In this document: positions 38,680-46,727 of the stretch, piece by piece | Layout: the number at the start of each line of letters is the position of its first letter | Position numbering within the stretch: the stretch's first letter is position 1 | Source: a virus | Lineage: Duplodnaviria > Caudoviricetes | Virus record (IMG/VR): IMGVR_UViG_3300020045_008142 | Coordinates: 6,372 to 70,371 of that record | DNA: 64,000 bases | Strand: one strand, 5' to 3' | Notes under the pieces: generated by a model | Databases searched by the model: none | What the model was told of the DNA's origin: nothing | Seen by the model: the letters and a program-made list of their open reading frames with translations, nothing else | Made by a program: the position numbers and the translations under genes

Positions 38680-39824
38680 GCCACCTTACGAGTACCACTA
38701 ACCACCGTAGCAGATAGCGAATTAACAGAGGTTAGATTAGGCGTTATCAGCACGTTATCCATTGAGTTAAGTTGTGCGACTGCTTGCGCGGCATCGGTGG
38801 ACATGGTTAATTTCTCATTTGTTACGGGTAGGTAATATTCCAGTGCGCTATTGCTTTGGAATGTCGAAACAGGACTACCGCCTGCGGTTGATGAACACAA
38901 AGACGCACCAAACAACTGATCGAAGTTAAGCAGGTCTTTAGGTGGTTTAAGGACGTTGTTCAGAATGCAATACAGGTTCATCAATTGCGATTTAGCAAAC
39001 ATCAATTCTGATTTAGTTTGTTGTGCGATTCCGTACACACTGCCCACGGTATCAAGGATATTGTGAGCGGCAAGGGTTAGGCTTGAGGTGGCGTTATACA
39101 GTGGCGTAGTTAGCTCACTTAACGCACCGCTACCCGTTTGTATCAATGATTGCACTTCACGGTTTAGACTGGTTGCCAAGTCCATTACGCCCAACATATC
39201 AGGGGTTAATTCCGTGAAATTGCTGTAAATATCATTGGCAACAACGGTTTTGAAGTCGTCTAAACGATTAAGCGACAAGTCCATAGAATCTAAGCCTAGG
39301 AGTAACGTAGTGGCTTCTGGAAGCTTTAAAAAGTCGGGGGCGTGTAAGTAGTCATCTAACCATAATAGGTTGATTTGATAGTACACCAACAAGGGATTTG
39401 CAATGCTACGTTTAAGCGTGAATGACATCGGGGCAACTACCCATATAAACCCGTCTAAGTCATTATTCAAAATCAGCTTAACTTTGTCGGGGTCGCCTTG
39501 CTTATCGGTTTCGCGCTTGCGTTCAGCGTGCCAATTTAGATAAATGAACTTGTGCAGTTTTATGAAAAATTCCCAGCCGTTAGGGTTCTTACCCGTTCCC
39601 CATCCTGTATGGCCCGAAATTTGCAAGCTTGGAAAACCTTTACCAAAGTTATCAGCAAACGCACCGCCTAGGGTATGGTGAACCGTTAGCCGTGATGTGT
39701 CCTGCCGCGCTAAATCTTCGGGCTTAACAGGTAATAGCATTTCAGAGGGCGGCACTGATCCGTTTGTGTTATGGAACACAAAGCCGATGTTCTTTTTATA
39801 GGCGGAATATTTAGGTACTGTCAT
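38676..39824 (-). CDS. putative baseplate/tail-tube initiator protein
   Basis: LPVKPEDL...TVHHTLGGAFADNFGKG...ISGHTGW...FTLKRS..NPL...YQI; first gene of a baseplate operon. Confidence 0.55.
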   Translation of the reverse strand: MTVPKYSAYKKNIGFVFHNTNGSVPPSEMLLPVKPEDLARQDTSRLTVHHTLGGAFADNFGKGFPSLQISGHTGWGTGKNPNGWEFFIKLHKFIYLNWHAERKRETDKQGDPDKVKLILNNDLDGFIWVVAPMSFTLKRSIANPLLVYYQINLLWLDDYLHAPDFLKLPEATTLLLGLDSMDLSLNRLDDFKTVVANDIYSNFTELTPDMLGVMDLATSLNREVQSLIQTGSGALSELTTPLYNATSSLTLAAHNILDTVGSVYGIAQQTKSELMFAKSQLMNLYCILNNVLKPPKDLLNFDQLFGASLCSSTAGGSPVSTFQSNSALEYYLPVTNEKLTMSTDAAQAVAQLNSMDNVLITPNLTSVNSLSATVVSGTRKVA

Positions 39825-39830
39825 GACTGT

Positions 39831-39845
39831 ATTGTGGTGTCACGA
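39831..39845 (-). promoter_or_regulatory. late promoter motif TCGTGACA-C-CACAAT
   Basis: Exact motif; 6 nt from the ATG at 39824. Confidence 0.75.
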
Positions 39846-39909
39846 CTGTTTAGGAGGATAAAAACCCGCTTTGAGGTTATCGGGGCGGTTTAGGTTTGGT
39901 ATTTGATAA

Positions 39910-40638
39910 TTAATCGACTAATTCAAGCAGCGGCAATCTAGGCTTAGGGTCTTTGTGCTTTTCTCGATACTTTTTGCCGAACTCAATTAATTTTGCTTTG
40001 CGGTCTTTATATTCTAATCCAGCCAAAATGTATGCTTCATCACGTTTACGGACTTGCGATAACATCTCAACTTCATAATTGGTAAGCTCATCTTCACCGC
40101 CTATCTGACACACGCCAACGAAACGCCCAATGACAATAAAATTACATAGCTTTGATTCTGTCATGTAAATATCATCACGCATTTCTTTACCTGTATCAGC
40201 GCGTAATTCTTTGAGCGCGTCCATCATTGGGTAATGTGCAGCACGTTTTGATTTAATTACGGCGGTGCGCTGTGGTTCTGAGTAAAGGCGGTTTATTTCA
40301 TTGATAGCATTGCGAAACTCTTTAATCAGCTTTAGCTTGAACGCAACAACCTTTTTAGTGTTGGTGAAAAGAGTAATTAAAAATGTAGCGTGGTCCTCAT
40401 TAAGTAAAGCCACTTGCGTTTCAGCCCCTTGGTAAGCAGGTAAAATTTCAAATTTGACCTGACCAAGCTCATTAAACTCACTTTCGTACTTTTTAATTAG
40501 TTGAAGTATTGATGTATTGGTTCTTTTGAACTCAATACCTTTTCGCTCAGTTGGGCAGTTTTCAGCAATAATTAAGCTGGTGGTAAAAGCGTGATGACCT
40601 TGGATATTCACTAAATCGGTTCTGGCTTGCGATTGCAT
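39910..40638 (-). CDS. Rha family transcriptional regulator (moron), paralog of 24541-25227
   Basis: AFTTSLIIAE...LNEDHATFLITLFTNT...FKLKLIKEF. Confidence 0.8.
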   Translation of the reverse strand: MQSQARTDLVNIQGHHAFTTSLIIAENCPTERKGIEFKRTNTSILQLIKKYESEFNELGQVKFEILPAYQGAETQVALLNEDHATFLITLFTNTKKVVAFKLKLIKEFRNAINEINRLYSEPQRTAVIKSKRAAHYPMMDALKELRADTGKEMRDDIYMTESKLCNFIVIGRFVGVCQIGGEDELTNYEVEMLSQVRKRDEAYILAGLEYKDRKAKLIEFGKKYREKHKDPKPRLPLLELVD

Positions 40639-40754
40639 TTTAAATCCTTAATTTAAAATAGACCTTGAATGATGGTGTGTCGAAGTCGTCAAGGAAACGA
40701 TTTTCAGCCGCTAAGCCTATCGACACAGTGCAATTATAACACAATCCTATCAAG

Positions 40755-40769
40755 TCGTGACACCATACT
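40755..40769 (+). promoter_or_regulatory. late promoter motif TCGTGACA-C-CATACT
   Basis: Exact motif upstream of 40797. Confidence 0.75.
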
Positions 40770-40796
40770 AGCCCCATCAATTATCAGGAAACCGTC

Positions 40797-43700
40797 ATGA
40801 CACTATTAGTATTCGCCAAAGCCTTTGTTGCCCAACATACCCGTAAAACTAAGAATGGCAACACCATTACCATTCAAGCCTATTATGATAAACGGGTTAA
40901 AAAAGCCGCTGTTCATGCACCCGATCACACACATAACGTAGCGCATTTATCCGATAATGATAAAGCCAAGTTTAGCAATATGCACAAGGAACAGCACGTT
41001 GCCCACTTCTACGAATCACACGCCCTTAGCCGCAAGCTTGACACTGAAAAGCAGTTATTAGCCACGTTGGAACGCTCGGCACAGGGGCATGAAGAACGCG
41101 GCGATAAGAAGTCTGTGATTATCGTACACAATAAGATTTTGAAGCTTAAAACCGTGATTATGCGTCATGAAAAAATGCTTACCCGTGCCAAGATGATTAG
41201 TGAGGGTATCGGCGATATGAAGCATAAAATGGTGGATGGTTCAGGTACGCTTGCGGGTGATGCTGATAAGGAACACGCGGGTTATGTGGCGAAAATGGGG
41301 GAGCGGTTTAAATCGAATAAGCAGGTTAAAGAGGTCGAAGCAGCCAAGCCTAGCGAAAGCCCGAAAGCTACTGAGTCAGATTATCACTACGAAGAAGCGC
41401 AAAAGGCTTACCAGCACAGCAATAGAAGCGGTGCGGCTGTTGGTAGAGAGCATTTTGTTAAGTTCATCAATGAGAATTACGACAAGTTAAACAACAACCT
41501 GAACCCTGAGCAAAAACAAAAGCTGGATAGCGAGTTTATCAACCTTAAAAAAGAATACCTAGAGCAAGAAAAGAATGTTTTACGCACTCGCTCTGGTGTC
41601 GTATCGGCACATATCGCGGGTAATTCAAAGTTCAAACAATCCACTTCTGATAGCACTGAAAATAGACTGGTTTCAACGGGCAATCACTTCGCAGAATGGC
41701 AGGATTTAGCCATTAAAAAAATAGCAGGGGATTTAAAGCAGCTTAGAAATGATGACCAGCTATCCAGCGACACCAATAGCGTAAAAGGCGAAGCAATCAA
41801 GAAAGCTAAAAAGGCGTTAATCAATGATATTAGTTATCTTAATACACCGGGCTGGGATAAAGCATCATCCAGAAAAGGCGTTAAAAAATCACTGGACGCA
41901 TTCAAAGCCATTGATGCTGATGAAGCTAAAAACTACCTTGCTAAAATTGACGCGGCTTTTGTGGAGAATGGCAAAAGCTTAAAACAGGTTGTTGGTGCTA
42001 AAACTGATTTATGGAAAGAGATTGATGCCTTTATGGGTGAAGCTAATAATACCTCACAATCCACCACGCAACCCGCAAAACAAGCACAACATGAATTAGT
42101 CGAACACATCACCCAAAAAGGCAAAACCATCAAGGGCGTTATTCGCAAAGACCTAACCAAGGCACAGGCACAGGCAATTGATCCGTACACCTTTAAAAAA
42201 GACGGTGGTTATTTCATTCGTGAGAAGTATTTAACGGGTGATGTTGGTGAGCAAGCTAAAGCCCCAACACCTCAAACAGAAGCGCAAATCAATAGCCAGA
42301 AAGTCAAGACCGCTAGAGACGCGGCGTTGTCGCACTATAAAGTTTACAGGGACACCGACTATAAGGGTGTTGATGAAAAGCACGTTAAGGCGTTGGTAAA
42401 TGGGTTTTATCGCCCGAACTCAAGCAATGTTTTACATGAGCAATTCAAGGAAATAATGGGCGGCAAGTTTGATGCAAGAAATTATTTGACCTTTGAAAAT
42501 ATGGCATTATTAGAATCCGCTGGATTGATTGATAAGCATGATAATCATTACGATACCAAGCTAACCCGCAAAGGTCAGGATATTTTAAAATCAACTTATG
42601 AGGGGCTAGTACGCGCTAAGGCACAACCTAAAGCCGCTGTAGAGCCTCCTAAGCAATCCACATCAATACTACTCGAAGAACGCGATAAAAACGACCCTAA
42701 CGGCACAATAAGACGCGGATTGTACAAAGAACCCAACGGCGAATATCAAGCCATGACTAGCACACAGTCTAAATACTTCAAGACTGAGAAAGGCGCGAAA
42801 GAGTGGCTAGAGCGTGTTAGTGGAAAGCCTGTAAATGTTGAACCTGTTGCCAAGGAAAAATCACCAGCACAGACGACTTCCACTCAATCAAGAGCAGACA
42901 GCGAAAAATTTAAAAGGGCAGAAAAAAGCGCGGCGGTTAATCGTGAGCGAGGCGCGGCAAGACTTGAAGCGGCGGCGGCTGAGCGCGAGGGTTACGACCA
43001 TTACAACGAAAGCCCGTACCTACAGGAAGAAGCTAGAAAGCTAAGGGCTGGTGCTGAAAAAATAAGGGCTAACAATTCGCAACCCGAACCAGCGGGGGCG
43101 GTTGATAGTGAGAAATCAAAACAAAAAACTAAGTCTAGCGATAAGCCAATAAGCACAAAATCAACCGCAAAACAGGTTATTGCCAAGTTTAAAAAACTTG
43201 GGTTCGTAGCGTCATCGGATGGATTCAACCGAATACGGGTTAGACCAACGCTTGACGGCAGACCATCTAGTAGCCCCGTTTATTATGAAAGACGCGGTGA
43301 AGGTAGCGAATGGAAGATTGATAAATGGAGCGTTCCAGAAACCGATGAATATACTTCGGTTGCCTATCCAGACCAGCATCGTGACGTATTAGCGTTTTTG
43401 GATGCGCATAAAACCATGTGGGGGGATTCAACACCAATGGCAAAATCCCTAATCCTATTCTTCAAATCCACCCCAACCCTAAACCTAAACCAACTGTCAC
43501 ACCGCGCCGCCACATCACCACGCAATCACTTACCCGAACCAAGCCAAGCCATAAACGGACACCTAACCATCAACGGCTTAAACATTGCCATTGAAAACCC
43601 ACAAGGTTCACAGCGTACAGGCGTTGACCGTGACGGTAACGAGTGGGCGCAAACTCTAACTAACCATTATGGTTACATTAAGCAAACCACAGGCGCGGAT

Positions 43701-44000
43701 GATGACGAATTAGACGTTTTTGTTAATCCTGAAATAGAACCCGACTTTAACGGCATGGTGTACGTTGTTAATCAAAAGCACACCGACACAGGCGATTTTG
43801 ACGAACATAAAATTATGCTTGGTTATGATGGTTTTGCCGAAGCGAAACAGGCGTATTTAAGCAATTATGAAGATGGTTGGCAGGGCGTGGATTCAATCGC
43901 TATTATGGACATGGACGGCTTCAAAGAATGGTTAAACGGTGCTGATACCCTACAACCACTGGATATTGATAACAGCAAGGTGATTTATGCTAACGCCTGA
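40797..44000 (+). CDS. large polyvalent protein: His-rich leader plus C-terminal InPase-type domain (DarA-like)
   Basis: NIAIENPQGSQRTGVDRDG...HYGYIKQTTGADDDELDVFV...FDEHKIMLG...AYLSNY...FKEWL. Confidence 0.75.
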   Translation: MTLLVFAKAFVAQHTRKTKNGNTITIQAYYDKRVKKAAVHAPDHTHNVAHLSDNDKAKFSNMHKEQHVAHFYESHALSRKLDTEKQLLATLERSAQGHEERGDKKSVIIVHNKILKLKTVIMRHEKMLTRAKMISEGIGDMKHKMVDGSGTLAGDADKEHAGYVAKMGERFKSNKQVKEVEAAKPSESPKATESDYHYEEAQKAYQHSNRSGAAVGREHFVKFINENYDKLNNNLNPEQKQKLDSEFINLKKEYLEQEKNVLRTRSGVVSAHIAGNSKFKQSTSDSTENRLVSTGNHFAEWQDLAIKKIAGDLKQLRNDDQLSSDTNSVKGEAIKKAKKALINDISYLNTPGWDKASSRKGVKKSLDAFKAIDADEAKNYLAKIDAAFVENGKSLKQVVGAKTDLWKEIDAFMGEANNTSQSTTQPAKQAQHELVEHITQKGKTIKGVIRKDLTKAQAQAIDPYTFKKDGGYFIREKYLTGDVGEQAKAPTPQTEAQINSQKVKTARDAALSHYKVYRDTDYKGVDEKHVKALVNGFYRPNSSNVLHEQFKEIMGGKFDARNYLTFENMALLESAGLIDKHDNHYDTKLTRKGQDILKSTYEGLVRAKAQPKAAVEPPKQSTSILLEERDKNDPNGTIRRGLYKEPNGEYQAMTSTQSKYFKTEKGAKEWLERVSGKPVNVEPVAKEKSPAQTTSTQSRADSEKFKRAEKSAAVNRERGAARLEAAAAEREGYDHYNESPYLQEEARKLRAGAEKIRANNSQPEPAGAVDSEKSKQKTKSSDKPISTKSTAKQVIAKFKKLGFVASSDGFNRIRVRPTLDGRPSSSPVYYERRGEGSEWKIDKWSVPETDEYTSVAYPDQHRDVLAFLDAHKTMWGDSTPMAKSLILFFKSTPTLNLNQLSHRAATSPRNHLPEPSQAINGHLTINGLNIAIENPQGSQRTGVDRDGNEWAQTLTNHYGYIKQTTGADDDELDVFVNPEIEPDFNGMVYVVNQKHTDTGDFDEHKIMLGYDGFAEAKQAYLSNYEDGWQGVDSIAIMDMDGFKEWLNGADTLQPLDIDNSKVIYANA

Positions 44001-44730
44001 TTTAACCACCATTAGAGCGCAATTATCCCTATCTGGATTAGTGAATGTTGCCGCGCTAACCGATCCAATGTTGACGCAAAAGTTTAACGCGGCTTACGCA
44101 CAGGCACAACGGGAATTACGGGTATTTTTTGAACCCACTGAGATTATTCCCGATGATGCCCCGCAGGCTGAAATTGACGCGCTTGAACTGGCTAATACGC
44201 CGTATCATGAGGAATCAGCATATAACTACGATTCAGGCTTTTGGTATGCTGAACGCCTTGGCTTTATGCCCACACGACAAAAACCGATTATCAAAATGCA
44301 CAGTATGATTTTTGCGTTCCCCAGTGCAAACCAGACTATTTTCACCGTGCCTATTGAATGGATACGCATGGATAAAAAATATGGCCATATAAAAATAGTC
44401 CCAACTACGCTAGGTTTTGCCGTGCCGTTGCCCGTGTATTTAATGCAAATTATGGGCATGGGTAGTGGCTTGCCGTTTATGCTTCGATTGCGTTATCAGG
44501 CAGGGCTTAAAGATATTGCGACAAACTACCCTGATATTATCGAACTACTTAATCGCATGACCATGTTAAGCGTGTTAAAGGGTGCGTTCTTGCCTACGTC
44601 TGGCAGTTTATCCGTTGATGGCATTAGTCGTTCACAGGGCATTAGTATTGCCGCGTGGCAAAGCTCTATTGATGAACTTATGGATAACCTACGCGATTCA
44701 ATTCACGGCGTTAGAATGGTGGTAGTGTGA
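43987..44730 (+). CDS. putative head-tail adaptor protein
   Basis: 247 aa; YQAG...YPDI...SLSVDGISRS pattern of SPO1-like adaptors. Confidence 0.55.
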   Translation: MLTPDLTTIRAQLSLSGLVNVAALTDPMLTQKFNAAYAQAQRELRVFFEPTEIIPDDAPQAEIDALELANTPYHEESAYNYDSGFWYAERLGFMPTRQKPIIKMHSMIFAFPSANQTIFTVPIEWIRMDKKYGHIKIVPTTLGFAVPLPVYLMQIMGMGSGLPFMLRLRYQAGLKDIATNYPDIIELLNRMTMLSVLKGAFLPTSGSLSVDGISRSQGISIAAWQSSIDELMDNLRDSIHGVRMVVV

Positions 44731-45353
44731 GGTTAGTCGGTGCAGAATTTGACGCATTACTGAACGATGTTGGGCAGGAATTTCTATGGCGTAAAGCGAC
44801 CGCCTGTCCGTGCTTAAATCCGCATTCAGGACAGCCTAAGTCAACCTGTACGCATTGCGGCAGCAAAGGGAGAATATGGGCTAGTCCTATTCAGGGCAAA
44901 TCAGGGGTAATTAGTCGTTCGCAACAAAAGAAAATGGCAGGTTTCGGCGTGTATGATGAGGGTGATATTATGCTTAGCATACCGTCTGATTCGCCGATTT
45001 ACGCTATCGGTATGTATGACAGAATACAGGCACTACACCGTACTGAACCGTTTTCAGTCGTGCTATTGTCGGGCATTAATGACGTGATAAAGTTCACGCC
45101 CACGCAGATTGATAGCGTAACGTGGATTGATGCGAATGACGCGGTAATTAGTGGCACTGTACCCGCCATTGTCAATGGTGCGCTGGTTTGGAGTGGTGTC
45201 GTTCCACCTGCTAAAGTTAGCTATGCTTTATCAGGGCGTAGAGCGTTAGATTATTATTGCTATCAGGATTTACCGCTTGATAGACCGCACCAGTTTGGCG
45301 AAAAATTGCCTAGACGGGTTGTATTGCGGCGGTTTGATTTGTTTGGGTTATGA
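44727..45353 (+). CDS. putative head closure/neck protein
   Basis: GQEFLWRKATACPC...CTHCGSKGRIW zinc-binding N-terminus typical of SPO1/A511 neck proteins. Confidence 0.6.
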   Translation: MRLVGAEFDALLNDVGQEFLWRKATACPCLNPHSGQPKSTCTHCGSKGRIWASPIQGKSGVISRSQQKKMAGFGVYDEGDIMLSIPSDSPIYAIGMYDRIQALHRTEPFSVVLLSGINDVIKFTPTQIDSVTWIDANDAVISGTVPAIVNGALVWSGVVPPAKVSYALSGRRALDYYCYQDLPLDRPHQFGEKLPRRVVLRRFDLFGL

Positions 45354-45392
45354 TGAAAAAAGCCCCTGTTGATAGGGGATTTTTATTACCTA

Positions 45393-45593
45393 TTACTTAA
45401 CCAGCATCAACCCATTACGCGGCAATCTATGCAGGTTATTGGTTCTGATTAGAAACTGGATAATCGCGGTACGCATTTCTGGAAACGCCTTGATGATGTA
45501 TGCGGGATTGTTGATAACAGCGGTTGCCATTTGGTCATCGGTTAATTCTATTTCTTCGGGTTCTGGAAATAGACGGATGATGGCGGCGGTCAT
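45393..45593 (-). CDS. hypothetical protein coupled to the Bro-N gene
   Basis: ATGA overlap with 45590-46387. Confidence 0.55.
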   Translation of the reverse strand: MTAAIIRLFPEPEEIELTDDQMATAVINNPAYIIKAFPEMRTAIIQFLIRTNNLHRLPRNGLMLVK

Positions 45594-46387
45594 TTTGCAC
45601 TGCCATTCAATCCTAATTCCATAGCAACCGATTCAAACCACTTGATTTGCTGAACTGGTGTGCCATCACCGTGTTTTTTACCCGTGTCCATGAGCGTTGA
45701 AAACTGCAAGCCTTTTTCAGTCGGTGTCCACACGATACGGTTTTTTGAATCGCGGCGGTCAACTTGAAAACCTTTGTCCTTTAAAAGCTGATTAACTTTT
45801 TGACCTGATAGGTTAATCATTAATCCAACATCGGACGCATTGATTAATCGAGATTGCACGGGTGCAACTAGCTCAATGCCTAGCAATGCTTGACAATCCA
45901 CGCCTGTGTTCTTTTTGGTGGCTTGGTTAGCCGATAACAGGGCTTGATTACCTTTAAGTCCAAACGCTTTAGACAAGGCAAGCATGGATTTGAACTCTTT
46001 AACGACTGTTTGTGAGTCGTTCTTTTGTGGAGCAGAATAGCTTCCAGTTTTGCGGATGGATGGTAGTATTTCTTCGCACACCAGCGTTTGAAAATCCTCG
46101 GCACTTGGCAGGTTTGAGCGCATGATTAAACGGTAAACATCGGACTCTGGAATGATTAAAGACTTTGTGCGGTGTAACTCTTTGATTTCATTAACGACTA
46201 ACTGTGAGCTATTCGTGAAATTAATAGCTTTCTTGCAGTTGTCATTGATTGCTTTAGATGGATTTTGATAACCTAAGCATTCAGCCATGTCTTTAGCAAT
46301 AAACCAAGGTTCGCCATTGCTACCAGTGATTACACGGAATGCGTGAGAATTGAAGTTGAAAGTTTGTAGAGCAGTTGGGTTTGACAT
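45590..46387 (-). CDS. Bro-N domain antirepressor-type protein
   Basis: FRVIT...EPWFIAKDMAECLGYQN...IIPESDVYRLIMRSNLPSAEDFQ. Confidence 0.85.
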   Translation of the reverse strand: MSNPTALQTFNFNSHAFRVITGSNGEPWFIAKDMAECLGYQNPSKAINDNCKKAINFTNSSQLVVNEIKELHRTKSLIIPESDVYRLIMRSNLPSAEDFQTLVCEEILPSIRKTGSYSAPQKNDSQTVVKEFKSMLALSKAFGLKGNQALLSANQATKKNTGVDCQALLGIELVAPVQSRLINASDVGLMINLSGQKVNQLLKDKGFQVDRRDSKNRIVWTPTEKGLQFSTLMDTGKKHGDGTPVQQIKWFESVAMELGLNGSAK

Positions 46388-46652
46388 AATTATTTCCTGA
46401 CTTTTGTTTTCGAATGGTAGCCACCGAAGTGGCTGATTGGGAGCTTCGAAACCGCAGTCAAGCGCGGCGACAGATATTCAATATATTCTCTATCACTCCC
46501 AACCAACTATTGCATTATGCCATAGACTGGCACAATACAAGAAACTGACGGGCATAAAAAAACCACATGGCTTTCGTGTGTGGGTAACGCTTGACTTTTG
46601 AGCTTTCGACGACTCTAAACAAAGCATAACCGCAAATAACCCGCAAAGTCAA
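46388..46652 (-). ncRNA. c4/CI-type antisense RNA control module, copy 2
   Basis: TTGACT-18-TATGCT promoter. Boxes TCGAAA and AGTCAAGCG, complements inside the structured RNA, boxes repeated at the RBS. Shares GAGAATATATTGAATATCT and CAGCCACTTCGGTGGC with copy 1. Confidence 0.65.
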
Positions 46653-46684
46653 ACTTTTGTAATTGCAATCAAACAACAATACCA

Positions 46685-46699
46685 TCGTGACACCATACT
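46685..46699 (+). promoter_or_regulatory. late promoter motif TCGTGACA-C-CATACT
   Basis: Exact motif upstream of 46728. Confidence 0.75.
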
Positions 46700-46727
46700 A
46701 AACGCCACTATCACAAACGGCGTTACC

